A stretch of DNA of 64,000 bases from Schmidtea polychroa (Eukaryota), in NCBI GenBank assembly GCA_044892525.1, contig CM097888.1, positions 17,608,001-17,672,000 on the forward strand, read 5' to 3'. This document shows positions 24,741-35,559 of this stretch, one piece after another. Each line of letters opens with the position of its first letter. Positions within the stretch are counted from its first letter, which is position 1. The position numbers and the translations under genes were made by a program. The notes below the pieces were generated by a model. The model was given only the letters and a program-made list of their open reading frames with translations. It made no database searches and was not told where the DNA came from.

Positions 24741-25651
24741 ATAAGTATAAATTAAATAAAATAATTATCAGGAGTTATGTTTTTACTTTAATTTTAATAA
24801 AGGTTATTTATACATTAGAACTTTATCTATTTTAAACTGAAAATGAAGAAATATAGAACTTGTCCTGATTTTTGATTAACCGAACATAAGTGTGGAATTT
24901 AGTACGATGTTAGAGTCAAATTTGACTGATTACGACGATGCTAGCGAAGAGTTAGTCTCATGGTCGCATGGTTCCTCAGGATGGAAATTGAAGACATAAG
25001 ATCATTGTAGATGTAGCGTCCACCTCAATCACTGTACATTTCTGGACTCGTTCTAAATTCATGTCACTAATACAACACGTTTTTCCTCATTCTATCCAAT
25101 TTTGAGTCAACCTTCAGCGATTGGACCCGTGAAGAAGCCTTCACTTTTCGGCCCAATCTAGCTGCGTGATTGAAGAACCTCAGATCCGCCGGCTGAGCTC
25201 CCGAAGGCACCTCACACCATGATCTGCGGTTCCTCAACTCCACGTTACTCGCATCGAATTTTAATATATATCATATTGACGCATAAAACTCATAAAATAA
25301 ATCATAAAATTACTGAAACTCAGAATCATTTATTATAAGGTTTTCCAAAATCATTCATCAACCTACATTACATTCATACCTTTACTTATTCAGAAACTTT
25401 AAAGGAATCAGATGAAAAAGGATTAAGTTAAAACTTTATTTATGAATATTTATCATTACTGTTAACTATTAACTTTACAACATTAAGTGGTAATCAATGA
25501 AAACTCCTTACTATCGTGATTTGAATGTTGGGCTAAATCGAAATTTAATCTCCTGGAAATAGGTTGGCTTGAGTTCAGATGTTCCTTGAATGATTAGTAC
25601 TGCTGCTGCTGTGTGAAGTTCGGTTAGTTGTGATTGTTGTCGCTCTAGGTG

Positions 25652-25783
25652 TACCTGTGAAGTGTTTAGAATTAACGGTGAATTTTTTAGACTTTATCTT
25701 ACCTGTGAAGTGTTTAGAATTAACGGTGAATTTATGATTTTTGTGCTGGTTTATATATAAATTTTTGATGTGTGCGGACCAAT
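25652..25783 (-). promoter_or_regulatory. candidate promoter / non-coding first exon (CCAAT, TATA, duplicated splice donor)
   Basis: CCAAT at 25779-25783, TATATAAA about 25749-25761, then a 34-bp direct repeat (25652-25685, 25700-25733) with each copy carrying CACAG/GTA on the minus strand. Confidence 0.45.
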
Positions 25784-26594
25784 CAAAATTGAGTACCGCT
25801 TATTTCTATTAATTTAATATAATTTTCTTGTTTTTAGGTTATTTTTCTTATTTCTATTTATTTCCTTAATTTTCTTATTATTTATTAAATTTTCCTTATT
25901 CTACTTATTGTTCTATTGTCTTATTTTTATTTTCCTTATTTTTATTTTTTGTTTTAATTCTTGTTTTCCAACTATTGTTTCTTTTATATATTTTTTCTGA
26001 TTTTTATTCTTAATTTTGTTTATTTTAGTTTTATTTTCCTTAATGTTCTACTTTGTTAGCTTTTATTTTTTAACATTAAACCTCCGATTCAGCCCAACAC
26101 AATGTAATATGAGAGAACATTTACCGAGAACAAGAGCGAGACAGTTTTTAATCTAATAAGATAAATGTGTATCACCAGTGATACAATATGCAGTGTAGGG
26201 TTAATGTATTATATGTATACTCTTATTTCAATATAATTAAAATATAAAATTGTTTGGTTTTTTTAGTGAGCCGGCTGTTAACTCTTTGACAACACACCCT
26301 GTCCGTACCCCTACCTACTATTCGCCCATTGAAAATCTTTTACGTCCCTCAAAACAATTTGAGATCATTTAAATTTTCATATTAAAAATTCTCAAATAAT
26401 AAATTACATTAAATTCGTTTTATGTCAACTTAAAATTTGAAAAATAATTAATTTCAAGAAATTTCTGACGTCATCGATTTCTCTTCTCATGCTTTCACCT
26501 GAATGGACAAAATCGAAATTTTCTTCCTAAACACACAATGCTGCGCATCTCAATTGTTATCAGTCTACAAAATTATTTAATCAATAAGTTACCA

Positions 26595-29500
26595 ATGCTA
26601 TTTTTATTATGGATTATATATTTTCCTACTTTTATTAAATCAAATCATTATAATAGTTATTCAGAAAATATTCCGAAACCTTTGGATGGTACTCTTTATG
26701 GAGATGTCTACAATTGGGTGGACATGATTCAAAATTATATCAAACAATTGGCTTTAAATGGAATTAGAAAAGATGTTACTCAGTCTTTGTTTGATCAAGC
26801 AAAATACAAGTTAGAAATAAAAGATGGAATGGAAATCGTCAAAGATATCAGTGAACAGCTTGGTTCTTATTTATTCAATCGTAAAAAGGCTGCTTTAAGA
26901 ATAGCAAATGCTGCTGTGGAAATATATGATATGAATAAAAGGCGCAGTGCGAATTTCTCTTATGAATTTCTAAAAGATCTTCCAATTAACGAAGTTATGG
27001 ATTCTGATAATCCGAAATCTTTGCCTTCAATGAAATTTAATTCGTATTTCAAGCAAAATGTTACTGAAAAACATTCTACAATAAAAATTGCTGATGAAGT
27101 ACCTCGATCACTGAATACTACAATTTTTACAGTTCATTGGACGTATAAGTTAGAAGAAATAATGAAGGAAAATGCCAAAGAGGATACAAGAATTCGGTGG
27201 CAATATTTCGGTAGTACAGCAGGTGTTTTAAGATTATTTCCTGGTCGAGAATGGAGTAGTAATTTTGTTGGTTTTTATACAGATTATGATCCAAGAGTGA
27301 GAGCATGGTATATAACTGCGACAAGCGGACCAAAAGATGTTATAATACTTATCGATTGCAGTTTTAGTATGACTGGAGAAAAGTTTTCTATTGCCAAAGA
27401 GGTATCTAAAGCTATAATACAAACTTTGACTAAACATGATTATTTAAATGTGATATGCGCAAGAAATAGTCACTGGGATGAAATTGGAAAGTGGCACCTG
27501 TATAAATCCCATGCTTTAAGTTGTCGACCGGACAGTCTAGTGGCAGCTACAATTGCTCATAGAAAGGATCTTATTGAAAGTATTGATAACTTAGTCCCAG
27601 GAGGCACAAGTGAATTGGAAACTGGATTTGAATTAGCCTTTGATTTATTAAAAAGTGTTCCTAGAACTGGTTGTCAAAGTATCATTGTATTTCTTACTGA
27701 TGGTCGAGATACTGACGGTGAAAATGTTCGGTGTGGTCCCGGCTATTATACAAGGTCTGGATATGTTCCTGGACCAGTATGTAAGTACAACTGGACCAAA
27801 GTCCATTCTATTATAAATAATACAAATATGGGTCTGACTGTTCCAGCAAGAATATTCAGTTATTTAGTAAAGGATGATGGTGAAATGCTACCAGGCTCAA
27901 TTGCATGTGGTCATGGGGGAAGTATGCGTAAAATTGTATATGGAGAAAATATAATATCCCAGTTATCCAATTATTTTGAATTTTTAGCCAAAGTTACACA
28001 AAAGAAAGAGGGATTATGGACATCTCCTTACATAGATTCTTTGGGTACTGGATTACTTATTACTCATGCAGTACCAGCTATCAGTACTTTTGATGGAACT
28101 CTTCTTGGTGTAGCTGGAGTTGATGTCACATTGGAAGAAATAGAAATGTTAATCGCAAGATATCAGTGGGGATCTATGACTTCATTTTTTATAAATAATA
28201 AAGGAAATGTCATTTTTCATCCTTTACTGAAAGCCAGTACCACTTTAGAAGATGATCCAATATTTATCCACATTCAAAGTCTTGAACAAAACAAAGCTGG
28301 AAATCCTAAAGATTTCTCAAAAGTTGTGGACGATATGATAAATATGACAACAGGAAATCGCCGTATTATTGATGGTAGAAGAGGAACTCCAAAAGGAGAC
28401 TTTAAAGCTGGAGTAAAGTATGATAAAATGCCGTTAGAATATTATTATGCACCCTTGAAACATTCAAATGTATATTCTATTGCTATTGTTTTAGCCGATA
28501 CAGATAAAGTGTTTCGAAGACTTGAAGAACCCTCAAATATTAGTCAGCCAGTTCCAAGCTTCTTTAATTTATTAATCGAATATAACAGTACAAATGTTCT
28601 CAAAGAATATCCCAGTATTTTTAAAGAGCTTGACGTTCGATTTAATGAGACTAAATATCCAATGCTGAGAGTCACTTATAATTATTCAAGCATATTTTTT
28701 GCTCCAAGTGTGCACTGTGATCCTAGTAAATACTTTTTTGATGATGATCTGGCTCAAAAGACTTTAGACGCTCATAGATATATGAATGAATTGACTCACA
28801 ATTCTGATCCGGGATGTGATGTTCCAGAAGGAAAATATGCACAGGGTACAAGAGCTTATGTTCTTGTGACTGAATCTATAGAAAACCAATGGAAAATTAG
28901 AAATTTTGAATCAATAAATGAAGTTACATGGACTTATGTTGGTATGAGGTCTGGGGTTTTTCGAACTTATCCAGGACACCGATCAACTAGGCTTTATGAT
29001 CCAACAAAGCGTCCTTGGTACCGAAGGACTTTGGCTAATCCAACTAAAATTTCAATTTCTACACCTTATTTTGACGCGGCTGGGAGTGGAAAAATCATAA
29101 CAATATCACAAGCAGTCTTTGAAGGAATGCCTACATTATCAAAAGAACATTGTAAAAATATAAATTCGTTAAAGCCAGGGGGCTGCCATTGTATAAAAGA
29201 TTCAGATTGTTTGAGTGGATACTGTTACATCAGTAAAGCACCAGGTCCAGATGCACATGAAACAAGATGTGCTACAGAAAGAATAGAAGCTATAACAAGT
29301 CTTGATATAGGCTATGATAGTTTTCATAAAAGATTATTTCAAATTATGCAGGCTTCAGATGGTGTAAGATCATGTAATTCTTCTTATAAATGCCCGGATG
29401 GGCATCTTGATTGCTGGACAAAATGTTATATTTTTGATGACAGAGCAAATATTATTATGGCTTCAGAATTTGTTGCTGCGACAGCTTTCGACACAAATAA

Positions 29501-30182
29501 GTATCTTGGGATTACAGTGGGTAAGAAAGAAAGTGAAATAATGAAAGATTTAATTTACCATCATAAGTTTTTTCAAAGAAGTGAATCCATAGATTTTCAA
29601 GTAAACCTACAAATATATAATCTATTTAATATTATTTAGGGAGCATGCACTTACGTGTCTAGTTTTCCACAAGTAACATTAAAAGGTATTCCGAGAACTC
29701 CGGAAGATTTTGACAACTATTATAAAACGAGAGGACCCATTCCTAGTTTTATTAATTCATATAGCTGCATTCAAGATGTAGTGACTTTTTCAGCAAATAT
29801 ATCTGCATTAGGTCCAAGCAGAATGATTGTTGGAAATGTGTCCGGCCCATGCACAACTGGCTTTTATTACGTCACCAGTATGCCTGAAACAAATCTTTTT
29901 CTTTTAGTAGTTGAAAGTCGATATGACAGAAGTGATTCGTTTTTTTATAATTTTAATTGTGAAATATCAAGAAAGATTGTAGCAAGTGGAGCGTACAGAA
30001 TTATTAATGGAACTTGTGCTCACAAAGAAACGAACAAGCATACCCTTGCTGAAAAGGGTACTTGTCCAGAAATAGTAAAGATAAATATGACTTGTGAATA
30101 TACCATAGCTATGAATTATCAACCCAACTATAAACTGCTAGTTATTAATACATTATATTTAGTTTACACTTTACTGAACTAG
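26595..30182 (+). CDS. CACHD1: VWA and Cache domain protein (alpha2delta/CACHD1 family), exons 26595-29600 and 29640-30182, about 1182 aa; alternative start 26538
   Basis: Signal peptide, RWQYFGSTAGVLRLFPG, VWA MIDAS DCSFS...TDG, Cache motifs PYIDSLGTG and YDPTKRPWY...TPYFDAAGSG, a 39-nt GT-AG intron, and a hydrophobic C-terminus. Orthology (CACHD1 versus CACNA2D) is not resolved. Confidence 0.85.
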
Positions 30183-30340
30183 AGTTTATATATATCATTT
30201 CTAAGGTATTTGAACAGAAATCAAATTGTGTAACTTTTTAATTAAGTAAAATTTTTAATAACTTATGACTTTTTCATTTAATTACTATAATATTTAAACA
30301 TACATGGCAATGATTTAATTATAAGATAACGTCAATCAAA

Positions 30341-30395
30341 CATTCTTTTCACGATTAATTTCGACAGTTTTCCTGTCATCATCAGGTAGGATATA
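30341..30395 (-). ncRNA. minimal type I hammerhead ribozyme of the Penelope element
   Basis: CUGAUGA-U-GACAG(GAAAA)CUGUC-GAAA-UUAA-UC^GUG: intact core, 5-bp stem II, palindromic AUUAAU stem III and a short stem I. It lies about 210 nt downstream of the Penelope ORF. Confidence 0.7.
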
Positions 30396-30597
30396 ATAAC
30401 TCATTAAATTAAGGATTTTAAACAAATTTATTAATTATATATAAAAAAAATTTTTTACTTTATAAAAAAAATATATTATTTTTTTAAAATTTTAACACTT
30501 AAAATTTAATTTAATAATTTAAAAAAATTTTTATTAATTATTTAATTTAATACAACAATCAATACATACAATATAAAAAATCTATTTAAAAACTTAT

Positions 30598-32334
30598 TTA
30601 AAAATACTCAAAAGTATTTACTGCATTCTGCACATTAATTTTCGGATTCAATGATTTTATCAACAACGCCTCACAAATCACACGTTCCCAATAATTATCG
30701 AAATTTTTTAATAAAATTTTAAAATCAGACATACCTATTTTAATCTTACAGCCTTTATTGTGCTCACCAATATGGGTCAAAGCCTTCGGTCTACAATGTT
30801 CTCGAGCTCGAATACAGAGATGACGGGAAGTCTCTCCAATGTATGTGGCATTACACCCATTACATGTAAACTGATAAACGAGATCGGAACACAATTTAAC
30901 CGGAGTTTTTGACTTATTAATAAACATATTGCGTACTTTCCATAAAGTGGACACTATCCTATAGTTTAAATTCCCTAACTGCTTTCTTATCTTCACTTTA
31001 TAATCCTTAAAACCTTCTGAGTACGGCAAAACTAACACAAATGTAGGCTCATCATCCTTGCTCACACTATTTAATTTATTTAACTCATCAGACTCACACA
31101 CCTTAACAAGATCACACCCAGATTTTCTCAAACATGGATCATTATGATTTTCAATAAATTTGTCAACAGTCTCTTTCACCATAATTACTAAAAAGAATTT
31201 TGAATAACCGTTCTTCATTAACAATTCAACCAATATGTCAACACTTTTTACTGAATTTTTAAAAGTAGAAGACAAAGACCATGCACGATAAATCAACCCC
31301 TTCACCATATTTCTTTTATACTTGAATTCACAAAAACTTTCGGAAGAAGTATAGAGACCAGTATCAGTTGGTTTTCTATAAATCTCTGTCTCATAGTGTT
31401 TCTCTTTGCGTTGTATTAACAGATCCAAGAAAGCAAGCGATGATTTTGTCTCCGTTTCACATGTGAATACAATGTTTTTATGTAGACTATTCATATAATG
31501 CAAAAACGGGTCAACATGCCTCTGATTTTCAAATATAAGAAAAATATCATCCACATACCGTTTATAAACAGTGGGTTTCATACCTTGGAAAGATGCAATT
31601 TTCTTTTCTAAGCTTGTTAAAAAAATTGAAGCATCGTTGGTGCTAAAGGAGAACCCATAGCAACTCCATCTATTTATTGATACCATTCATTATTGAAAAG
31701 AAAATTGATTTTTGAAGTTGCAAATACAAGAAGTTCACGAAATGCTGTTCTATCCAAAATATGATGTTCAGAAATATTTTCATTCCATAACAAGCAACAT
31801 AATTCAATTGTTTCAACCAATGGTACATTAGTAAACAGACTACAAACATCAAACGAAACCATAATTTCATCCATACTTTGTCTATCATATTGTGCAATGC
31901 AGGAAACAAATTCAAAACTATCTTTACATTCAAATTCTGATCGTATTAATGGTTTCAATAATCCATCCAAAAATTTGGCTATTTTATACTGGGCAGTGCC
32001 AATCATGGATAAAACAGGTCTCATCGGCACGCCATCTTTATGGATTTTTGGAAGCCCATACATTTTCGCTGGTTGTGATCCCATTGGGCGAATAGATTTG
32101 CTTATTTTTTTTTAATTAATTTATTTAGTATCTCTTTCAACAAATTCCCATCCTTAAGAGGAGGCTGTATTCGAGAAATCTCTATTTTCACAAACTGTGG
32201 AGCATTCAAAACATCATTAAGCTTATTTACATATACATCGTGGTCGAGAATTACCAATCCATTTCCTTTGTCAAACTTGCATATATTGATGTCTTTTTTA
32301 GCTAAATTTTTTAATACAGTAAAATCTTTAATAT
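30598..32334 (-). mobile_element. Penelope-like retroelement, RT plus GIY-YIG endonuclease, frameshifted
   Basis: KFDKGNG, MYGLPKIHK, SFDVCSLFTNVP, DGVAMGSPLAP, YKRYVDDIF, and LVYQFTCNGCNATYIGETSR. Confidence 0.95.
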
Positions 32335-32429
32335 TCTGCTTTTTATTTTAAAGATTTTATATTAAAGAATTTACTGTATTAAAAGATTTAGCTAAAAAAG
32401 ACATCAATATATGCAAGTTTGACAAAGGA
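32264..32429. repeat. 71-bp inverted repeat at the 5' end of the Penelope copy
   Basis: Arms 32264-32334 and 32359-32429 are nearly identical, with a 24-nt spacer. Confidence 0.9.
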
Positions 32430-34010
32430 TAGAGATAGAAGAGATAGGAGAGACACGAAAGTTATTATTTTGCAAAAGGTAATTAACGTTTGCATCATTA
32501 CTTTACCGGATAAAGCAATTCTGCTAAACAGAAATTGGTGATCCAGTTAATCGATTAAAGGGAACGTTACTACCGATTCTGGGTAGTAATCGATCGCGTT
32601 TAAACTAAGGGAATCCCTTGTCTTTTCCCTTTCACTGATGAGCGGTGCTATTGATCAATTAGGATCCTGCATTCGTCGTCTTAGAAATACCTGAGGACGA
32701 TTTGTATAACCGATATCTTTGCTTCTGTTATATTGCGACAACTTTTTCGGCAACACGTTTTGTAATTTTTTAAATGTATATCATAAACCATATTTGTATT
32801 TATTTGTTAAATAAAGTTTATTATCTAAAGCGAGTTGTGTTCTTATTTGTGAAATTAACAAAGGTCTTTAGAGTCAGATCAAGAGAGTGTGTATTGTGAA
32901 AATACAAATTCAAAATAGCGTCTGGAACTCAAGCACAAGTTAAACTAAAGCAACAAATGGTGGAAGAAGTTAATGCAAATGTTTTTGCAAGATATCCTGC
33001 TTTGGCTGTTAAGGCATTCAGTTGTGATCCACGAGAATTCTCAGAATTTATGTCCGAATATTATCAGAAGGCAAAGGCATATGCCTACCCAGACAACATA
33101 ATGATTCAGAGACTACCAATTTACTTGAAGAGACTTTCTAGAATAAAGTACAATGATGTAATGGTATTACCAGCTCTCAATATACCCAAATTAACATGTT
33201 AGAGAAATTTCTCATCAATTATCATTGATAGCTGAAAGAGCTTTTGGACTCAAGTCTACTTGGGCACAACCAACAGAGTTATTGGTAAAAGATCAGTTAT
33301 GGGCGCGATTCAGTCCAGCATTGAGAAACGCGCTGATTCTTAACGTGGGAGATAGCTATGATGAGCTAACAAGAAAAGCAGTTATATTAGAGAGCAGTTT
33401 AGAGAAATCAACTATGTTCAGGGTGAATAACGAGAAATCACCAGTAGAATATTTTAATTGTCATAAAAAGGGTCATATTGCTAAGGATTGCAATAGCCGT
33501 AAGCCAATCGAGATAAAGAGAGGCAGTTCGTGCATGTGTGGTAGAAATAATTACACTGCCGAAAATTGTAGAGCTAAAAACTTGAAATGTGAAAAATACA
33601 AACGTAAAGGGCATGTAGCTTTGGTTTGTAGGGCCAGAAACTCACAAACAAACAGTAATAGTTTTAATTCGGTAAAGCGAGGTGATGTGAATTCAGCAGG
33701 AAAGATAAAATGTCACGGATGTGGAAAATTCGGGCAAACTTTGAGGTCATGTCCTAAGAATCAGAGTAGCAACAATAATAATAGTAGAATCAATCAAACA
33801 AGAAATACCAATAGTGGTAATGGTAACAAATCTAGTACGGTCTTTATGGAAGGAATCAGAATTATTGTAATAATGTTTGGGTATTGTAAGTTTATGTGTA
33901 TAATGGTTTGTACCTTTAGTGTTTGAAGGTAAGATAGAGAAATTTTGTAGAACCCGATAGAGTCACCTATAAAAATATGTGGCGGGACAATCGGGGTGTG
34001 TGTATGTAGT
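32430..34010 (+). mobile_element. Gypsy-type relic: LTR end, PBS, gag with zinc knuckles, protease remnant
   Basis: LTR end ...TTAACA (32860), PBS-like GGTCTTTAGAGTCAGAT, and gag ORFs 32957-33926 with several decayed CCHC knuckles (FNCHKKGHIAKDC, CHGCGKFGQTLRSC). Confidence 0.8.
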
Positions 34011-35559
34011 GCTTGCTACAATACAAATAATAATAAAATCAAAATATAAAATTAGCCAAATATAAGCAACAAATTATAATTCTAACTTTTACTAAAAAAA
34101 CTAAAAGACCTTAACTAGACTTTTCGGTGATGCCTGGACGGAGCGGATTGTAGAATCGGATAATAATTTTTTTAAGTAATGAAGATTTCAATTCTATTGT
34201 TTTAAAGTTTTGAAACCCTTGCTGGTTTTGTTGTAATTGAACGAGTTTTAAGTTATTATTGTAGAACTTGAACTGAACTTTGATATCTTGGAGTTAGTTC
34301 TATAAATATTAGAAGACACTGTTTATCAGGATTCGGATAGAATAGTATATCAATTGTCTCTGAATACAAGAGATATTTGATTATGATTAATTTTCGGAAG
34401 ATTTTCTTGATTCAAATTGATTGCTTGAGTATTTACCCTTTTATTAGTCTCTATGTCTTCTTTCTTTTTAATTTTTCTTTTCGATTGTTCAGAAAATACC
34501 AAAATCTTCTAATTCTTCAGTTGTTCAGTTAAATATAAAAATTCTGTAGTTTTATAGTTGTAATTTTTTATCGATTTTTTAAAATTTTTCAAATTTACTA
34601 TAGCGATAACTCACTATAGTAAATTATCGCTATATAGTTTTTTTTAATTTCCTTCCCCCGGCGCTAAAGGGACGATAATAAATAAAAAAACACAAAATCT
34701 AATTAGGATATTGTTTACAACTATTATTTACAATTATTTACAACAATCTACGACAAGAATTATCATATCTACAGCAGCTGTAGATGGAAATCCAGGAGAA
34801 GAGAAATAGATTAGCCAGATTAGCAGTCATGGAAGATACAATCTTCATGGTGAATGTCGGAAGGGACGAAATAAAAACGTTGAAACCTGTGGACTCACAA
34901 AGAGGGAGCCATGGGGGAAAGGATTCAGAAAACGATCCTAAAGCCGGACTTAGTATGAGAACGATACTGAGCGAGTCCGAAGCAAGTTCGTCATGCAAGA
35001 CGAAGGTAGAAGAAGGATCAGATACCTTAACCAAATGTATGAAATTAGTATCTGCATATGAGTATCAGCAGAAGCTGGCTTGACAATTAGAGAAAAGGGT
35101 GTTGCTCTAGAACTGATTTCTAGACCCAAAAACTAAGTTCGTGACTAAAATGTGTCGGTCATGCAAATCGGTATTAAGTTTAGTTAAAATCAAAACATAT
35201 AGAAACACCCATTAAACAATAATAATCAAGAAAATCACACCCAAAATGTAAAACATCTAAATAAAAATAAAATAAAACATAGCAGAACGTGTTACACTTG
35301 TTGTACTCAAATATAACCGAAAAGCATAAAACAACCGAAAACAAATCCGAATAAAGGCGATTGAAAAAATTTAAAGAGAAAAATTAAATAAAAATAGTGT
35401 AATAGTTAAATAGTGTAATTTGTAATTATGTTTAAAAGATTATGCATAAGACATTACAGAAAATATTAAAACACAAAAATACTAAATCACAAAATATTTC
35501 TTAATTTTAATTTTTATTGTTTTAATAATATAGATTAAGATAAACTAGATTTTTTACTC

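Larger units (their letters stand above)
22207..26099. mobile_element. 3893-bp TG...CA insertion with 4-bp TSD, no pol, carrying orphan ORF(s) (copy A)
   Basis: CAAT|TGTTGGG ... CCCAACA|CAAT. No direct terminal repeats and no RT/IN motifs seen in the ORF track. Confidence 0.8.
22060..26200. mobile_element. piggyBac-like MITE (about 244 bp when empty) interrupted by a 3.9-kb insertion
   Basis: TTAA|CCCTACACTGCAT ... ATGCAGTGTAGGG|TTAA: perfect 13-bp TIRs and a TTAA TSD. Confidence 0.85.

Noticed and set aside
22207-26099. CRESS-DNA or other ambisense virus, or a DIRS-like element with an internal complementary region
   Set aside because: No Rep/helicase, capsid or tyrosine-recombinase motifs and no TAGTATTAC-type origin were seen. 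A 4-bp TSD with TG...CA ends points to a DDE integrase.
22060-26200. CAGTGTAGGG read as outward-facing hAT ends
   Set aside because: TTAA flanks with CCC...GGG termini and 13-bp TIRs fit piggyBac better.
32635-32670. CTGATGA as a second hammerhead core
   Set aside because: No stem II followed by GAAA downstream.
34100-35100. ORF 34784-35083 and neighbouring sequence as an independent gene
   Set aside because: No recognisable motifs or exon structure. It lies in retroelement debris and is probably a decayed pol/gag remnant that I cannot assign.
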